From NCBI RefSeq assembly GCF_009914755.1, contig NC_060940.1: a stretch of 64,000 bases of DNA; one strand, 5' to 3'. The DNA is from the human T2T-CHM13v2.0 reference genome, Homo sapiens. How positions within the stretch are numbered: the stretch's first letter is position 1; each line of letters opens with the position of its first letter. The notes beneath the pieces were generated by a model, which did no database searches, had not been told where the DNA came from, and saw only the letters and a program-made list of their open reading frames with translations. Of this stretch, positions 27,364 to 44,307 are shown piece by piece. Made by a program: the position numbers and the translations under genes.

Positions 27364-28288
27364 AATAGGAACACCAGAAGGGGTGGAGAATTGAGGACAG
27401 TTTTGTAACCAATCAACTGCAATGACTCCCTTACCCTGACAGAGCACTGTCACCTACAGGCTGTCTAGTGAGCTTCCAAATCACCCTTTAATGGTAGGTA
27501 GTCCAGTGCCCTTACCCCTATTATAGAGGTAGCTGAGGAAGCTGAGATCTAAAGAGACTTGCTCCAAATTGCTCCATGGGGCAGGCTTAGACTTGAATGT
27601 GAACCCAAATCTCCTGACTCCTAGCACAGGGCTCTTCCCCAGGCTCCTGGCTGCTGAGCTTTCTTGGTCCCTTTTTTTTTTTTTTTTTTTTTTCTGTTTC
27701 ACATGGGCCCTGGGAGAACAGTGAGCTTCTCTTATTCATTTTTGTATTCCTAGTGCCTGGCGCTGACCATGTGTTCAGTTGACACATGGGACAGTCTGGG
27801 ACTATTTTTTCAAAAGGCACAATGAATGGCAGTATATTGAATATGGAACACTTCCATTTTTGGCCACTCACCAAGCAAACTACTTTCTGTATCTGAGGAA
27901 TTTCCCATCTTATGGGCCCCAGGTGGGTGATTAAGGCTTCACCAGTCACAAAACAAAACTCTCTTGGACCCCCACCCAAAAAGACAGGGTCTGGAGGGTT
28001 CTCTGTTGGGGTGGGGGCCTCACTGGTCCAATCCTGTGGTGTGAGTTTTGGGATTGTTCCTGTCCTCAAATCTCTAGACTTGGTTCTCCAGCCTTTCTGC
28101 CAACCACTTAATATCCTTTAATTAATTCCTTTTTCAGGAAATTACCCAGAGTTGGTATCTTAGTCTGTTCATGCTGCTGTAACAAAACACTGGAGACTGG
28201 GTGATTTATACGGAACAGAAATTTATTGCTCACAGTTCTGCAGGCTGGGGAAGCTCAAGATCAGAGTGCTGGCAGGTTTAGTGTCTGA

Positions 28289-28640
<352 letters not shown>

Positions 28641-28801
28641 CAACCCCACCTCTTAATACCACATCATTGGTGATTAAGTTTCAACACAAGGACTTTGGGG
28701 AACATTCAGACCATACCAGTTGATTTCTGCGGCTTGCATTTAAAAACTCTGACTCTTATGTGTAGCAACTATTATGCTATATGCTACAAGTAACTGTCTT
28801 A

Positions 28802-29140
<339 letters not shown>

Positions 29141-29472
29141 TCAGTTTCTTTATATTTAAGATGTGGAAAAGGTATGCCTCTCCTAAGCTCTGGAGGATAA
29201 AAGGGAAGTACATAGACAAAGAGAGGTGAAAAGGCTGGAAAATTAGCTTCAGAGAAAGACAGTTCAGCTGGAGCTATTTGGAATTGAATCTCACACCATA
29301 TAGGACTTGCCTAATTGTTCAGAGGATTTCACACCCATATGTGGGGTGAATTGCTGCTTTGACCTTAAACATCAGAATCGTGCAACTGTTCAAACTGAAT
29401 TAAGCTGCAGCCAGCATCAGCAGGTAGAGGTGAGTGTCTTTTGTCCTCTCAGCTGTTTGGCTGTTGGAAAGG

Positions 29473-30020
29473 TGTACTAGTTTCCTAGGGCAGCTGTAAC
29501 AGATTGCTGCAGACCCAGTGGCATAAAACACCAGAAATGTATCCCCTCACAGTTCTGGAAGTCTGAAATCAAGGCATCAGCAGGGCTAGGCTCCCTCTGA
29601 ACGCTCTAGGGAAGTATCCTTCCTTGGCTCTTCTAGCTCCTGGTAGCTCCTTGCAATCCTTGGTATTCCTTGGCTTACAAATGCATTTCTGCCTCTGTAG
29701 TCACATGGAATTCTCTGTGACTGTGTCTCTTCTTATGAGGACACCAGTGATTGGATTTAGAGCCCCCACCATGCTGGTAGTTAGAGCATTGGCTATAGAG
29801 CCAGGCTGCTAAGGGTCTGAATCCTGGCTCTGCCATTTATTAGCTGTGTGATTCTGGGCAAGTTACTTGATGTCTCTGAGCATCAGTTTCCTTTTCTGTA
29901 AAATGGGGATAATAATAATAATACTATACCTAATGCAAGAGTTGCTGTAAGGGTTAAATAAGCTAATATGTCAATGGTCTAGAAGAGCTGAATAAGAGTT
30001 TAACAAATGTTACTGTTCTT
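29473..30020. mobile_element. MLT1B/C fragment followed by MIR
   Basis: TGTACTAGTTTCCTAGGGC start; MIR core at 29780-30020. Confidence 0.7.
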
Positions 30021-30349
30021 GTTATTTCTACCAATACATATTCATTGAGCACTTTCTATCTTCTAGACCCTGGCCTTGCAGCTTGAATACAGCATGGTCA
30101 CCGGCATAGAAGGCAATAGTTATCCTGATTTACTTGGTATCTCTTAGTATCCAGCCCACTGCCTTGTTTGTGGAGGATGCTCAGGAAATATTTGTATATT
30201 AGTGGAGCGTTGGTGCTGATCTCCCCACTACGCTTTGGCTTCAGAACCTTGGAGCATGTATATATAACCTTCTATATTGACCCTCTTGTGAATCTGGGTG
30301 AATAGTGGTAGCTATAGTTTATGAGACTTTCCTTGTCACCTCTCCACGT

Positions 30350-30970
30350 AATGACCGAGAGCCCATCTCTGGGCCTTTGCATGGGCTGTTTCCTCTGCCT
30401 AGAACATACCACTCTCCAACTTCCCTTAGTTACCAACACATTCTCCTTCAAGTGTCTCAAAGAGGACTTCCCTTACCAGCCTGGCTAATGCAGGGCTGTC
30501 TGTTCTCAGCCATTCTTCTATCCTATCCTGTTATTTCCTTCAGAGCACCATTCTGTGCTAAACTTATCTAATTGGTTTGCATGCTTGCTTTCTCTCTCCT
30601 CCACCAAAATATAAGCTTTACAAGGGCAAAGACTTAGTCTAAGTGGTTCATCCATGTTTTCTGAGCAGGAACTGTACCTGACACATGGTAATTGCTCAAT
30701 ACGTGTTTGTCCAATAAATGAATTATCCTAAGAATAATGGCTAAAATTTATCAAGCACCCGCTACGTGACAGGTGTTGGCAGAGCACATTAGATATGTCA
30801 TTTCACCCAATCCTGCAAATGTTATTGCCTTGAGCCTTACAGCTGAGGAAACTCAAAGAGCACACGGGACCTGCCCCAAGTTGCACAGCCAATGACGTTA
30901 CAGCTTCATTCTGAGCCCTGGGTCCTGCCTTTCAAAACCCTCTGCTCTCAACCACCATGCTATGTATTCT
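30350..30970. mobile_element. L2 3' end and MIR
   Basis: Family motifs. Confidence 0.6.
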
Positions 30971-32207
30971 GCCTCTTAGGGCATCAGGAAAATGTCTGGA
31001 CCCTTCTCTTCCCACCCTCAGCCCTAGGGGGCTCTTGAGAAGATTAATTACAAAACTCCAGACTGTACTCAGCCTTGTGCAGGAAGCTCTGTTTCCACAG
31101 CGGGAGCAGCACTTGGGAGGGGCACCCAGGGATCTGCCAGGACTGGCTGTATCTCGAGCCCCAGAGCCCCCGAATGTGCACGCTGCTTGTGCCTCTGCTG
31201 CCTGCATGACAGCCTCGCCGTCACGTAGCGCTGGACCGCAGGTGTTCTGCACCAGACCCTCTTTCAGAAAGGAAATGCAATTAGGGCTGTACAGTTGGCA
31301 GACTTCATCTCCATTTCGGCCTTGGGAGAGGGATCAAAGGGCAGCAGGCAGGGCTGTGTGTGCATGTGCATGTACATGTGAATGACTGTGTGTCTTGGGT
31401 TAACCCCTGCGGGCCTGAAAACAGCTTTCAGGACTCACAGGGCATTGTTAGGAAGGGGAAAATGAATACTTTTCATTCCTGCCAGTGACTGTTGCCTCAT
31501 CCTTCACCAATCATAGTTATATTTCTTGAGAACTTACTGTGTGCCGGGTACTATGTTGAGGACTTCATGTATATAATCTCATTTAAAGCTTATAACCACT
31601 GTATGAGCTTAGTGTTGGTGTCAATCTCATGTTTCCGATGAGAAAATGGGCTCAGGGAGGCTAACAGTTAGTTGGTGAAAGTCCAAGACAGGAATTAAAC
31701 TCAGGTTGTTCAGACTCCACTTACCCACCACATTGTACTGCCATTCCAATAGCCTTGATGTTGCTTTTTCATTTTTAAAGCAGACTGAAAAACCTCTTTC
31801 TTTGATATGACACTCACAAATAGTTTCTTCTATGCAAACATTCTGTCCTACATTTCATTTTGTATAGGTGCCGCTGCTTTGTAACTCTTTCATAGTCATT
31901 ATTGTATTAGGCAGGGTAGGACAAGTTATGCTGCATTAACAAATATCACCAAATTATAGTTGCTTAACATAAATTTCTTTCTTACTCATTTCAGATTCAC
32001 TGCAGGTATGGTCAACTGGCCTTCACGTATTGGCTTAGCCCAATTATTTCAACAATTGCTTGGCAGGGAAGGAAAGCACAGAAAATCACTTAGTGGTTCT
32101 TAAATGCCTCTGCCCCAAAAGTGATGGTGTCACTTGTGCTCACATTTCATTGGCCAAAGAAATTCGCATGGCCATGCCTCACCTTAAGAGGGTGTATGAC
32201 AGAAAGA

Positions 32208-32542
<335 letters not shown>

Positions 32543-34069
32543 TCAAATCTTGTAGAGTCCTAGTAATGCCTCCCACACTCCCACAATCGTCTCTTTCCTC
32601 TCTCATCCCCTTCCCACTTTCTGTGACTGATTAACTCTTCTTGAACATCCACCAAGCCTACCCACCCTTCTTGGTGTCATATTGTTAAGCACAGTTCTAT
32701 AAGGCACAGACCCCAGACTTTAGGTACACATAGACCTGGATGAGAGTCATCAATCCACCATTGTCTTTATTAGCTGAGCGATCTTAAGCAAGATACTTGA
32801 CCTCTCGGAGTTTCAGTTATTTAGCTGTAAAATGGGGTTTATACAAGATTCTGTCTTCAGGAATAATGAGGATTACAAGAGATAATCTCTGTAAAGCTCC
32901 TAGCACCATGCTTGGTACTCAGTAAGATTATAATAGTAGCAACAGTTAACACCACCTACATCCATTGAATGCTTAGAGTAGGTGCTCAATAAATGCTATC
33001 TGTAAGAATTATTTTGGCCACTCCCACTTTTAAATTGTAATATGGTTATGAGTGTTTATTATCTCTCTTCTATTCATTTGTTCATTTATTCAAAAGGTAT
33101 TTATTGAGAGTCCTTTATGTGCCATGTACTGTCCCGCAAGTTGGAGAAATATTAGAGAAGAGTTAGACAGTTTCTACCTCCATGAAGATTTCTTTCTTCT
33201 TTCCTTTCTCGTTTGTGTTTCTCTCTCTTGCTCTCTCTCTCTTCCTTTTTCTCTGACTCAAGGTTCACCCTCATTAGACATGTAACAGAGTTTCACTGAG
33301 TGTCTACTATGAGCCAGGACAATGGGAAAACATAGCAAACAAAGCAAGCATCATTCATGTTCAATAGCACAGCAGCAATTTTCACTCAGGAATTGGACAG
33401 TGCGGGCAGTGCCTGTAGGTTCTGACTGGGCCTGAACCCTTGGTCTCCAGAAGCCACCACTGTCTGTCTTAAGTCCCCCTGCTCCCCCGACCCTCAGCAT
33501 CCTCCCCCAAGCTCTCCTATGCATTCTCACCAGAGCCAGTGGCTGCTGGGGCTGCCTGATTCTGCAGAAGGCTTTGAGGATGGAGCAGGCACACAGCTCT
33601 TTGAGTCCCAGCCTCTGACCGGCTACTTTCTCAGGCATGTCGGGGCTCTGCTCCACTCGCCTGCATGAAAAGCCAGAGCTGATGGACAAGGCTGCTATCT
33701 CCACCATGCTGACAGGAGACTCTCTGCACCTTGCAAGGTGCACCTCTGTGAAGAGAGACGAAAAGGGTCACTGATGGGGTTTAACCTTGGGCTATACAAT
33801 GCAAATAAATGGAAACTTCTGAGTCAGAGCAAGGCCTGGTTTACATCAGAAAGACTAAAGGGCTGAGAATGGAGAGACCTGGCATTGGATTCCAGCTCAA
33901 CCTCTAGCACTGCTTGAGTTGGGAGAAATTCCTGTCCTCTTCTGGCATCACTCCCCCTATCTGTGGTGTCTGATTCCTACAACAACTCCACTATTTGGCT
34001 TTGTATACTGCCTGGAGATTATTCACTGTCTTTCTTTTAAAGTGCCTCGCTTTAAATTTCCTTTAAAAA

Positions 34070-34880
<811 letters not shown>

Positions 34881-35864
34881 GGTATGATATTGTATCATAC
34901 ATTTATATTATGAATAAAAAGCCTATTATCAATGACTATAAATAGAAAACAGCCATGAAAATAAGTAGGAGGACAACAAACCCATGACATTAAATTATAT
35001 GCAGTTTCTTTCCTGTTGGAAGGTCTGTCTGACTTGTTATATGTGAAAATGGCATGTTTTAGAGAGGTGTTACAGACATACCTGTGCCAGATGGAGACTT
35101 TTATGTGAGGCAATCAGAAAGATAGAAAGAAAATGGAGAATAAAGCACTGCCCAATTATGTGAATTGATATTATTTAATGTCATGTCTGAGTGCCACATA
35201 AAAACCAATCTCAACTCTCATCAGTGATAGTCATTCCTTATTTTTGGAAGCCTTGATGATTCTAAGGTTTCTTCCTGCTCACACATTTCAGGGTTCTTAA
35301 ATACCGTGGTGAACTGGCTTTATTTTCTCAACACTCACCACCGCCTGGTGAGCAGGTGGCTTTGTTTCCTTTTTAAAATGAGTTAATTAAAGCCTCAATG
35401 AGGTTGGTCCCCATGCCTTCCATTGCTCAGCTTTCTTGCTTATTGTCCAAAAAGGCAATTTCAAACCTTTTCCATTCTCATGCCTCCTGATATTTACCAT
35501 TCTCTCAGCAGATGGTAATGGACACCATCAGTCAAATGTGTGCCATCTTTTCCAGGCCACCCTCTCATCATTCCGCTTCTATGGCCTAAGAGACCTCTCA
35601 CCTGTTCTTTGGAATCCCCCTCTTGGGTTCTCAGGGTCTTTATTCCATCAGTCATCCCCAATATCTCCAGCATTTTCAACTTCTCTCCTGTATTGGATCA
35701 TTCCCACCTACATTTATGAGTATATAAACTTTTTTCACTATAAATGTACAATTTATTCGGCAATAAACAAGACTCTAAGGAACCAAGGTTATTTGGCAAA
35801 ATACCTCCTACTTCTTTTTTGAGGACAGTTACCTATGTTTTGACAAATAGTTCAATCTGCTGGA

Positions 35865-36085
35865 GCAGGGGTCAGCAAACTATAGTCTATGGCCCAAATC
35901 TGGCCCACTGTCTGTTTTTGTAAATAAAGTTTTATTGGAACACAGCCAGGATCATTCAATTTATGCAGCATCCATGGCTGCTTTTGTGCTACAATGATAG
36001 GGATTGAGTAGTTGCAACAGAAAGAGTACAGCCTGCAAAGCCAAAATTATTTGTGGCTCTCTGCAGAAAGAATTTGCAGACCCTC
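35865..36085. mobile_element. MER58A
   Basis: CAGGGGTCAGCAAAC...TTTGCAGACCC inverted termini. Confidence 0.85.
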
Positions 36086-36876
36086 ATGCTAGAGAAGAAC
36101 CAGTTGTGTATGTCAAGGTGAGGAATCCATCTGGGCTGCTCCAAATTTGTCACATGTCTAGAACTATCACCTCAATAGAAATGTGACCACTGATCAGAAC
36201 AAACCATAGCTTGATGGTTCAAGAGTGGAATTGCACACTGGATGAGACAAAATTTGACCCATTCAACTCTTAGATTTTTGCCTGTGTTGAAGCAGTTTGG
36301 TGAGCTGAGCATTGTTATATTGGAGTAGCATGTGTTTTTGGAGGAGCAAAACTGGGTGGCGATGATGATATTTCATAAGAGTGTACATCCACTCCACATG
36401 GCAATCACAGCACAGTTATGTGATATGACATCCAAGTGAAAGCCCCCCAAAGTTTTACACACCATCACCTTCTCCCCCAGGAAATGCTTTGATGCCATCA
36501 GTCCCCAGCCTGAGCTCACCTGTCCTTTCCATGTGACACATCCATCTACTCATGCTTTTTTCCTGGAAGAAGCACATGCATTTAAATTACAATTTGGTTA
36601 TCACGCATTTGGGATGCTGTAGTTAGTCAACACAAGATGAAACAGATATTTTAGGATGTTACAACTAGAGTATTCTTGTCTTAGAATTTTGGATAAGTCC
36701 CCAGACCTGTGAGTAATAGAGGCCAAGGATTCCCATATTCTAAATGGAGGTGCTAGACGGTTTTGGTAACTTTTGTAGGCCCCCAAATTGCGTTTTTCAG
36801 CATTAGCCCATCCCCACTCTCCAGACTATGGGGGAGAAGGCTAAAGATTCATTTGTGAGTAAAAGTGTCTTTAGAA

Positions 36877-36901
36877 GTGTGTGTGTGTGTGTGTGTGTGT
36901 T
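36877..36901. repeat. (GT)12 microsatellite
   Basis: Direct reading. Confidence 0.95.
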
Positions 36902-37427
36902 GGACTTAAAGATATCTGCTTGAAAGGTTGAATTCTATCCTTTGAAACTCAAGGAATAGAGTAACTGTTACCTGTTGCACACCTAAACATTCAAAGCCAA
37001 GATGCTGGCTAGAAGTAGATGGTGAGACAAGGTTGCCTGAAAGCAGTTTGCATTCGGCAAGGTTGCCTCAGAGTTACCCATGGGAGGGGGATGGCTGCGG
37101 TTTATCCTCAAATGTATGCCACACACGAGGATCATCTAGAGAATTAAGGCTATGCTAGGGTGAACTGCCAGGAGCCAGGACTGAGGGACAAATGAGTTGA
37201 CAAAAGTTTGTTTCATGGGGCAATGGTGAAAAAAAAGTTTTCCATTAATTCCTATTCCCACCTTCAATCCCAGATAACCATTAATCTACTTTCTGTTTCT
37301 ATAGAATTGCTTTTAAAAAACATTTCATATAAATGGAACAACATAGTAGTGGCCTTTTGCACCTGGTTTCTTTCGCTGAGCGTAATATTTTTGGGGCTTA
37401 TCCATGTGGTAGCATGTATTGGTATTT

Positions 37428-37973
37428 TTGTTTCTTTTTTTTTTTTCTAGAGCATGATAGTTTTATTTAGTTTTAAAAATTTTTGAAGTTTTAATTTTTG
37501 TGGGTACATAGTAGGTGTATACATTTATGGAGTACATGAGATGTTTTGATACAGGCATGCAATGTGAAATAATCAAATCATGGAGAATGGGGTATCCATC
37601 TCCTCAAGCATTTATCCTATGAGTTAAAATCAATCCAATACACTCTTTTATTTTATTTTATTTTAAAATGTAGACTTAAGTTATTATTGACTATAGTCAC
37701 TTTGTTGGGCTATCAAGTAGTAGGTCTTATTCATTCTTTCTAACTATTTTTTGCACCCCTTAACTATACCATATCCCTGTCAGGCCCCCCAACTACCCTT
37801 CCCAGCCTCTGGTAACCATCCTTCTACTCTTGATGTCCATGAGTTCAGTTGTTTTGATTTTTAGATCCCACAAATAAGTGAGAACATATGATGTTTGTCT
37901 TTCTTTGCCTGGCTTATTTCACCTAACATAATGATCTCTAGTTCCATCCCTGTTGTTATAAAGGTACTACATT
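37428..37973 (-). mobile_element. L1MA 3' fragment nested in an older L1M
   Basis: 13-bp TSD TGTATTGGTATTT at 37415-37427 and 37974-37986. Confidence 0.88.
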
Positions 37974-38493
37974 TGTATTGGTATTTCTTTCTTTTTATTG
38001 CTGAATAGTTTCAATTGCATGGATATGCTGTGTATGGGGACTATTTGAAAGTTCCTCAGGTGATTATAATGTGCAGACTGGGTTGAGAACCATTGAACTA
38101 AACCATTCTGTTATGAATAAGAACATTTGAGACACCCAAGCAAACATTTTTAAGTTTCTCCTGGTTTATAAAAAATCAGTGAAACTCCCCCAGCCTTATA
38201 CCTCCATGCAGCGAGTGGCTTTTTCCTTGAACCTTCCTTCTTGATAAACTTCTTGGCTAGCGTCCCCAGTTTCTCTCTCCTACTTACTTCTCAGCCTTCT
38301 AGCACCAAGCTTCTGACATGACCACTGCTTGAAAACTGCTAAAGCTGAAGGAGATATCTCTGTCAACCTTGGTCTTAGCCTTGGGAGCATTTGTTCCAGG
38401 AATTGCTTCCTCCTTCTTGAAACTTGGACACTACATCATCAAAATTTTATGTTTTTCCTCTGAATTCCTGTTTCTTTTCATAAATATTTTATT

Positions 38494-39058
38494 TGTATTA
38501 GTTTTCTACTATTGTGTAACAAATTACCACACAGTGACTTAAAACAACACACATTTATGATCTCAGTTTCTGTGGATCAGGAGTGCAGGCACAGCTTACC
38601 TGGGTCTTCTGCTAGCATCTGTGAAGGCTGCAATTAAAGGGTTGGCCATACTTGGGCTGTGTTCTCATCTGGAGTCTTGACTGGGGAAAAATTCCATCCC
38701 AAACTCAGTGAGGTTGCTGCCAGAATTCATTTCCTTGTAGCTATATGACTGAGGGTCAGGCTTCTTGTTGAGTGTCAGCTGGGGGTGGCTATTAGGTCTT
38801 AGAGGGTCACTCATGGTTTTCTGCCATCTGGCCTTCTCATAACAAGGCAGTTTATTTCTCCAAGCCTGTAAGAGTCTCTCACTCTAGTCAGTTAAGGCAG
38901 AAAATTATATAATATAAAGTAATCACAAGAGTGGCATCCATCGCCTTTGCCGTATTCTATTGGTTTGAATCAAGTTACAGGTTCTACCTGCGCTCGAGGG
39001 GAGGGAATTATGTAAGAACATGGTTTACTTTGGTGTTACTTTATGGTGTATCTACCAT
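38494..39058 (-). mobile_element. MLT1 (E/F-like) solo LTR
   Basis: Same family motifs as 5956-6464. Confidence 0.8.
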
Positions 39059-39454
39059 ATCATTATAACATATTTTAAGGCACAGAAACCCATAGGAGAT
39101 AACAGGAAGGATACTCATCTGTAAAATTTCTTGACACTTTGCCTTGTGTGTTTCAGAATTTTCTAAAGTAATAAAACCCATCAGATAGAGTTGCAGTCCC
39201 TTGTGTTTGTCCCCTTCTTATTTCTCCCTCTTGTCCAGGAAGTAACCACTATAAAAAATTTGGAATTGCACATTTTTATTCATGTTTTTATACTATTTCT
39301 ATAAATGTATATATGCATGTATGGAAACTATATAAATGGAGTCATACTGTACATGGGCTTCAACTTTCAATATTCCCTTTTTGAGGTTCATCCATGGTGA
39401 CACATGTGGCTTTAGTCTATTCATTTGCTTTGTGTCCTAGTATTATCTCTCTCT

Positions 39455-39751
39455 CTTTTTGAGACAGAGTCTTCCTCTGTCACCCAGGCAGGAGTGGTAT
39501 GATGTTGGCTTACTGCAGTCTCTGCCTCCTGGTTCAAGTGATTCTCCTGCCTCAGCCTCCCAAGTAGCTGGGACTACAGGCACGTGCCACCACACCCTTC
39601 AACTTTTTTTTTTTTTTTTTTTTTTTGTACTTTTAGTAGAGATGGCATTTCACCACATTGGCTAGGCTGGTCTTGCACTCCTGACCTCAAGTGATCCACC
39701 GCCCTGGCCTCCCAAAGTGCTAGGATTACCGGCATGAGCCACCATGCCTGG
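39455..39751 (-). mobile_element. Alu with expanded linker (T run 39604-39626), within L1ME
   Basis: Alu consensus. Confidence 0.9.
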
Positions 39752-41359
39752 ACATATTCCATTTATTTATTCATTCTCCTATTGATGGACATATAGATTG
39801 CTTCCAATTTCTTTTTGCTGATGCATCAATCATGCAAGAAACATTGTCATACCCATCTCTTTGAGCATGTGTGTGAGAATTTTTTTCCTAAAGGACACAC
39901 CTGGAAATAGAATCGTTTGGTTGTGAGGTAATGCATCGGCAATTTTAAAATACATTTCCCAGTTTCTCTTCATAGTGGGTATAACCATTTTCACTCCCAC
40001 CAAACACCCTTGTCTTTTTCATATCTGCCCAAGACCTGAGGTTGTCTGTTTCTTTTAATGATTATAAATCTGATAGGTGTAAAAATTGCTGATATGTTCA
40101 GTCACATTCCTGATTTTTAGTGAACTAGAACATAGTTTTTATTTTTATTCACCATCCAGGTTTCCTCTTCTAGGAATTGCCTATTCATAGACATAAAATT
40201 TATCCCTTTTTTTCAAACATGTGTCAAGGTGACCCGACCTGGAAGAGGGACCTGTTTCTACCTGTGGTTAGAATGTGGCACTGCTTTAGCCCCTCAGTGG
40301 CCTTTTCATGGTGGCTTTTGTCAGGAATGGCAGCAATGAGATCCTCTGAAGTTCTTCATAATCAAGAGATGTCAACAAGGAAGACCCGGGACAAGAGGGG
40401 AGGAATGGGGAGGACTCCACGTGGAGATGATAGCTGGACAGCTGAGGATGCATGAAATGCACGCAGAGACTCCCAGAAATATTGAACAGGGGACCTGCGT
40501 GAATACATGGAGGCAAGCCATGGAAAATGTAAGACACTGGGATGAATGGAGCATTTTCAAGGTAGCTCTTTCTGTGTTTATAGCAAGGTGAGGCAGGGGT
40601 ATATTTGTTACACAGTTTAGCCTTTTCTGGACTTGGGGATACTATTGGCATCAGTTAGTTCCTTTTATAACTCTAGCAGCATATGTGTAAACCAAAAAGA
40701 AAAGTTAATCTTCCAAAAACAATGTTGCTTCCCCAGGCATGATCTCTCATATCATAAGGTCTCCTTCTGTCTCCTTGATTCATTTCTTCATTTCCTTCAT
40801 GTCTACAGGAATAAATCACAGAAGGCTAGTTCTGGGATCATCACTTAGGGGTTATTTGGAACCCATGTATGGGAGAGTTTTGTCTTAAGCTAAGCAGAGC
40901 TCTTGTAAGCCTTGTCTGTCCACATCATCTGGATCCCTCATCAGGTGTTTGTGCGTAAGGACCAAACTCCAAAATCCATGGTAGCCAATAATCCTGACAT
41001 TTTTGGAGGACCAGCTACTTCAGAGTGACTTTCAATCTTGGATTATTTAGGTCACTAATTGAAACAACAACAACAACAAACTGCCTTTGTGACCTCAATA
41101 TCCATCCATCCATCTATACATCCATCCATTGATTTATTTATCTATTCATCCCCAAACTATTTAATGAGTACAACTACTAAGTACTGGGCTTAAGGTTTGC
41201 AGAAGAAAATATTTTGTATTCTCCTGAGTAATGTGAACTTATTCCAGGATTCAATACCCTCCTTTTCATACTTATGCATAAATCACCTATAAGAAAACCC
41301 TTTTGTTTTATTTTATGAAGTGTAAATGTTGTTTTCTGATAATAAAATTGATGTATAAT

Positions 41360-41740
41360 TGTATTAGTTCATCCTTGCACTGCTGTGAAGAAATACCTGA
41401 GACTGGGTAATTTGTAAATAAAAGAGGTTTAATTGGTTCACAGTATAGGAAGCACAGTGGCTTCTGCTTCTGGGGAGGCCTCAGGAAACTTACAATCACA
41501 GCAGAAGATGAAGTGGAAGCAGGCATGTCTTACATGGCTGGAGGGAGCAGGAGGAAGAGAGAGAATGGGGAGGTGCCACATGCTCTTAAACAGATCTCAT
41601 ATTAACTCACTCACTCACTCCCATGAGAACAGCACCAAGGGGATGGTGCTAAACCATTCGTGAAAGTTCCAATCACCTCCCACCAGGCCCCACCTTCAAC
41701 ATTGAGGCTTACAACTGACCATGGTATCCAAACCATAGCA
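41360..41740 (-). mobile_element. MST solo LTR
   Basis: TG..CA ends, TSD ATAAT. Confidence 0.9.
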
Positions 41741-42424
41741 ATAATCGTTGAAAAACCTTCATTAAATCAGATATTTACAATTTAGATAGTGAAAATTCTT
41801 TTAAAACAAGATGGAATTATACTATACCTCCTATTTTCACTTAAAAATCTAAGGTAGATATCTTAGCCATGAGTCCATACAGATCTAACTCATTATTTTC
41901 AAATAGCTTCATAGTATTCCATTTTACGGAGGTACAATAATTTATTTAATACATTTCTTATTGATGAGCATTTAGAACAGTTCCAGTAATTTACTGTTAT
42001 CAAACAAGGCTGCAATACCTTTGTTCAAATATATTTGTATGGTTTGTCAACAATTCAAAACATGATAAATGCCTAGAACTAGGATTGCTGAGTCAAATGG
42101 TAGGTGTATTAATAGCTATTGCTAACTTCCCTTCTAAAAAGTTTATGTGAATTTAAACTACTACTAGTAGTATGTACGAGTGTACACATTTCCCCACACT
42201 CTCACTCACACTGTGTGTCAGTGACATCTGGCAAGATAGAATAACCTCATGTTGTTTTACTTTGCATCTCTTGAAGTAATAATAAGCTTTAATATGTTTT
42301 CAGATGTTTATTATCATTAGTGGTTCTTATTTTATAAATTGCCTCTTCAAATTCTTTGCAAATTTTTACAGGGGTGTTCTTCTTTTTCTTTTTTCTTTTT
42401 AACTACTCTTTATAGATTGAGTAT

Positions 42425-42794
42425 GGATAAGGTTTGGCTGTGTCCACACCCAAATCTCATCTTGAATTGTAGTTCCCATAATCCCCACGTATGTGGGAGG
42501 GACCGGGTGGGAGGTAATTGAATCATGGGGGCAGTTTCCCTCTTGCTGTTCTTGTGATAGTGAGTTCTCATGAGATCTGGTAGATTTATAAGGGGCTTTT
42601 CCCCCTTTTTGCTTGCACTTCTTTTTGCTGCCGCCATGTGAATAAGGACGTATTTACTTCCCCTTCCACCATGCTTGTAAGTTGCCTGAGGTATCCCCAG
42701 CCATGCTGAACTGTGAGTCAATTAAACCTCTTTCCTTTATAAATTACCCACTGTTGGGTATTTCTCCATAGCATCATGAGAATGGGCTAATACA
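42425..42794 (+). mobile_element. THE1 solo LTR within L1ME (~41800-42960)
   Basis: GGTTTGGCTGTGTCC..CTAATACA. Confidence 0.9.
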
Positions 42795-42967
42795 GGCATG
42801 AACTCACTATTTTGTGTGTGTGTTCATGTTTTTTACAGTATGCTTGCTTTAAATATATTGACAATGTCTTTTATCATGAAGGAGTTTAAACTGTTTGTAT
42901 GATTAGGTCTGTAAGTCTTTTCATTCCTTTTCCTCCCTGGTTTTTGGTGTTATGCCAAGGAAAGCTA

Positions 42968-43395
42968 TTGTTAAAGTAAATTAAAATGAAAACCAAGTGG
43001 GAAGAATCCCTGAGCAAACAAAGCCAGTTTGGTCTCAATAAGTGACCTTAACCTTGTTTGATTTGCAAACATAAGTGAAACTTAACTTGTGCTATTTCTT
43101 ATAAAAGACTGTATTAAAGAATAACAGAACTGAAGCTCAACCAAACAGAAGCAGCCAACAAACTTATAATTATATAACTAGAAACTTTTCAACAGTATAG
43201 ACTAAATAAGACAACTGTGTACTGTAACCAATCAAATATTCTTTGCTTTACTTTTATGTTTGTCCTATAAAAAGTCCCCCTTCCATTCCCTTGGCAGAGC
43301 TCCCAAACCTCTTCTGGTTTGGAGTTGTCCAATACATGAACTGCTGTTTGCTCAAATAAACTTTTAAAAATTTTGATTGTGACTCAGTTTACCAT
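42968..43395 (+). mobile_element. ERV1 solo LTR (MER57-like)
   Basis: TGTTAAAGTAAATTAAAATG start; CCAAT, TATAAAA and AATAAA in LTR order. Confidence 0.7.
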
Positions 43396-43883
43396 ACCTA
43401 CACTCAAGATAATAAACAGTGTCCCTTCTACTTTTCTACAAAGGAAAATATCCCTTTGGCATATTTTCCTTCTTATGTTTAAATAAATGTATCATGGATT
43501 TGTAATCCATTTTGATCATATCTTAAATTCCTACATATACATGAATCTATCTAGATTCAACCTCCTCATTTTACAGATGGAGAAACTCAACAGAGGATGG
43601 ATTTAGTGACTTCACTCAGGCAGTTAATGGCAGGGCTACAATTAGAACCCAGGACTTTCTCTTTCTTAACCAGGGCTTTTTTCAACTTTACCCCTTTGCC
43701 ATTAAGTGATTTGTATCATAAATGCCTTCTTATTTCTAGGACATGTATAGCAATATCTAACCCAGTGGTTTTCAGCTGGTATGCCAAAGAAAACTTCTTA
43801 GATCTTCCCTCAAACTGGAAGCAATGAATATAATTTTATTTCAGCTACAGTTGAAGACTCATACTGTAAATCAACGTCTATCA

Positions 43884-44307
<424 letters not shown>

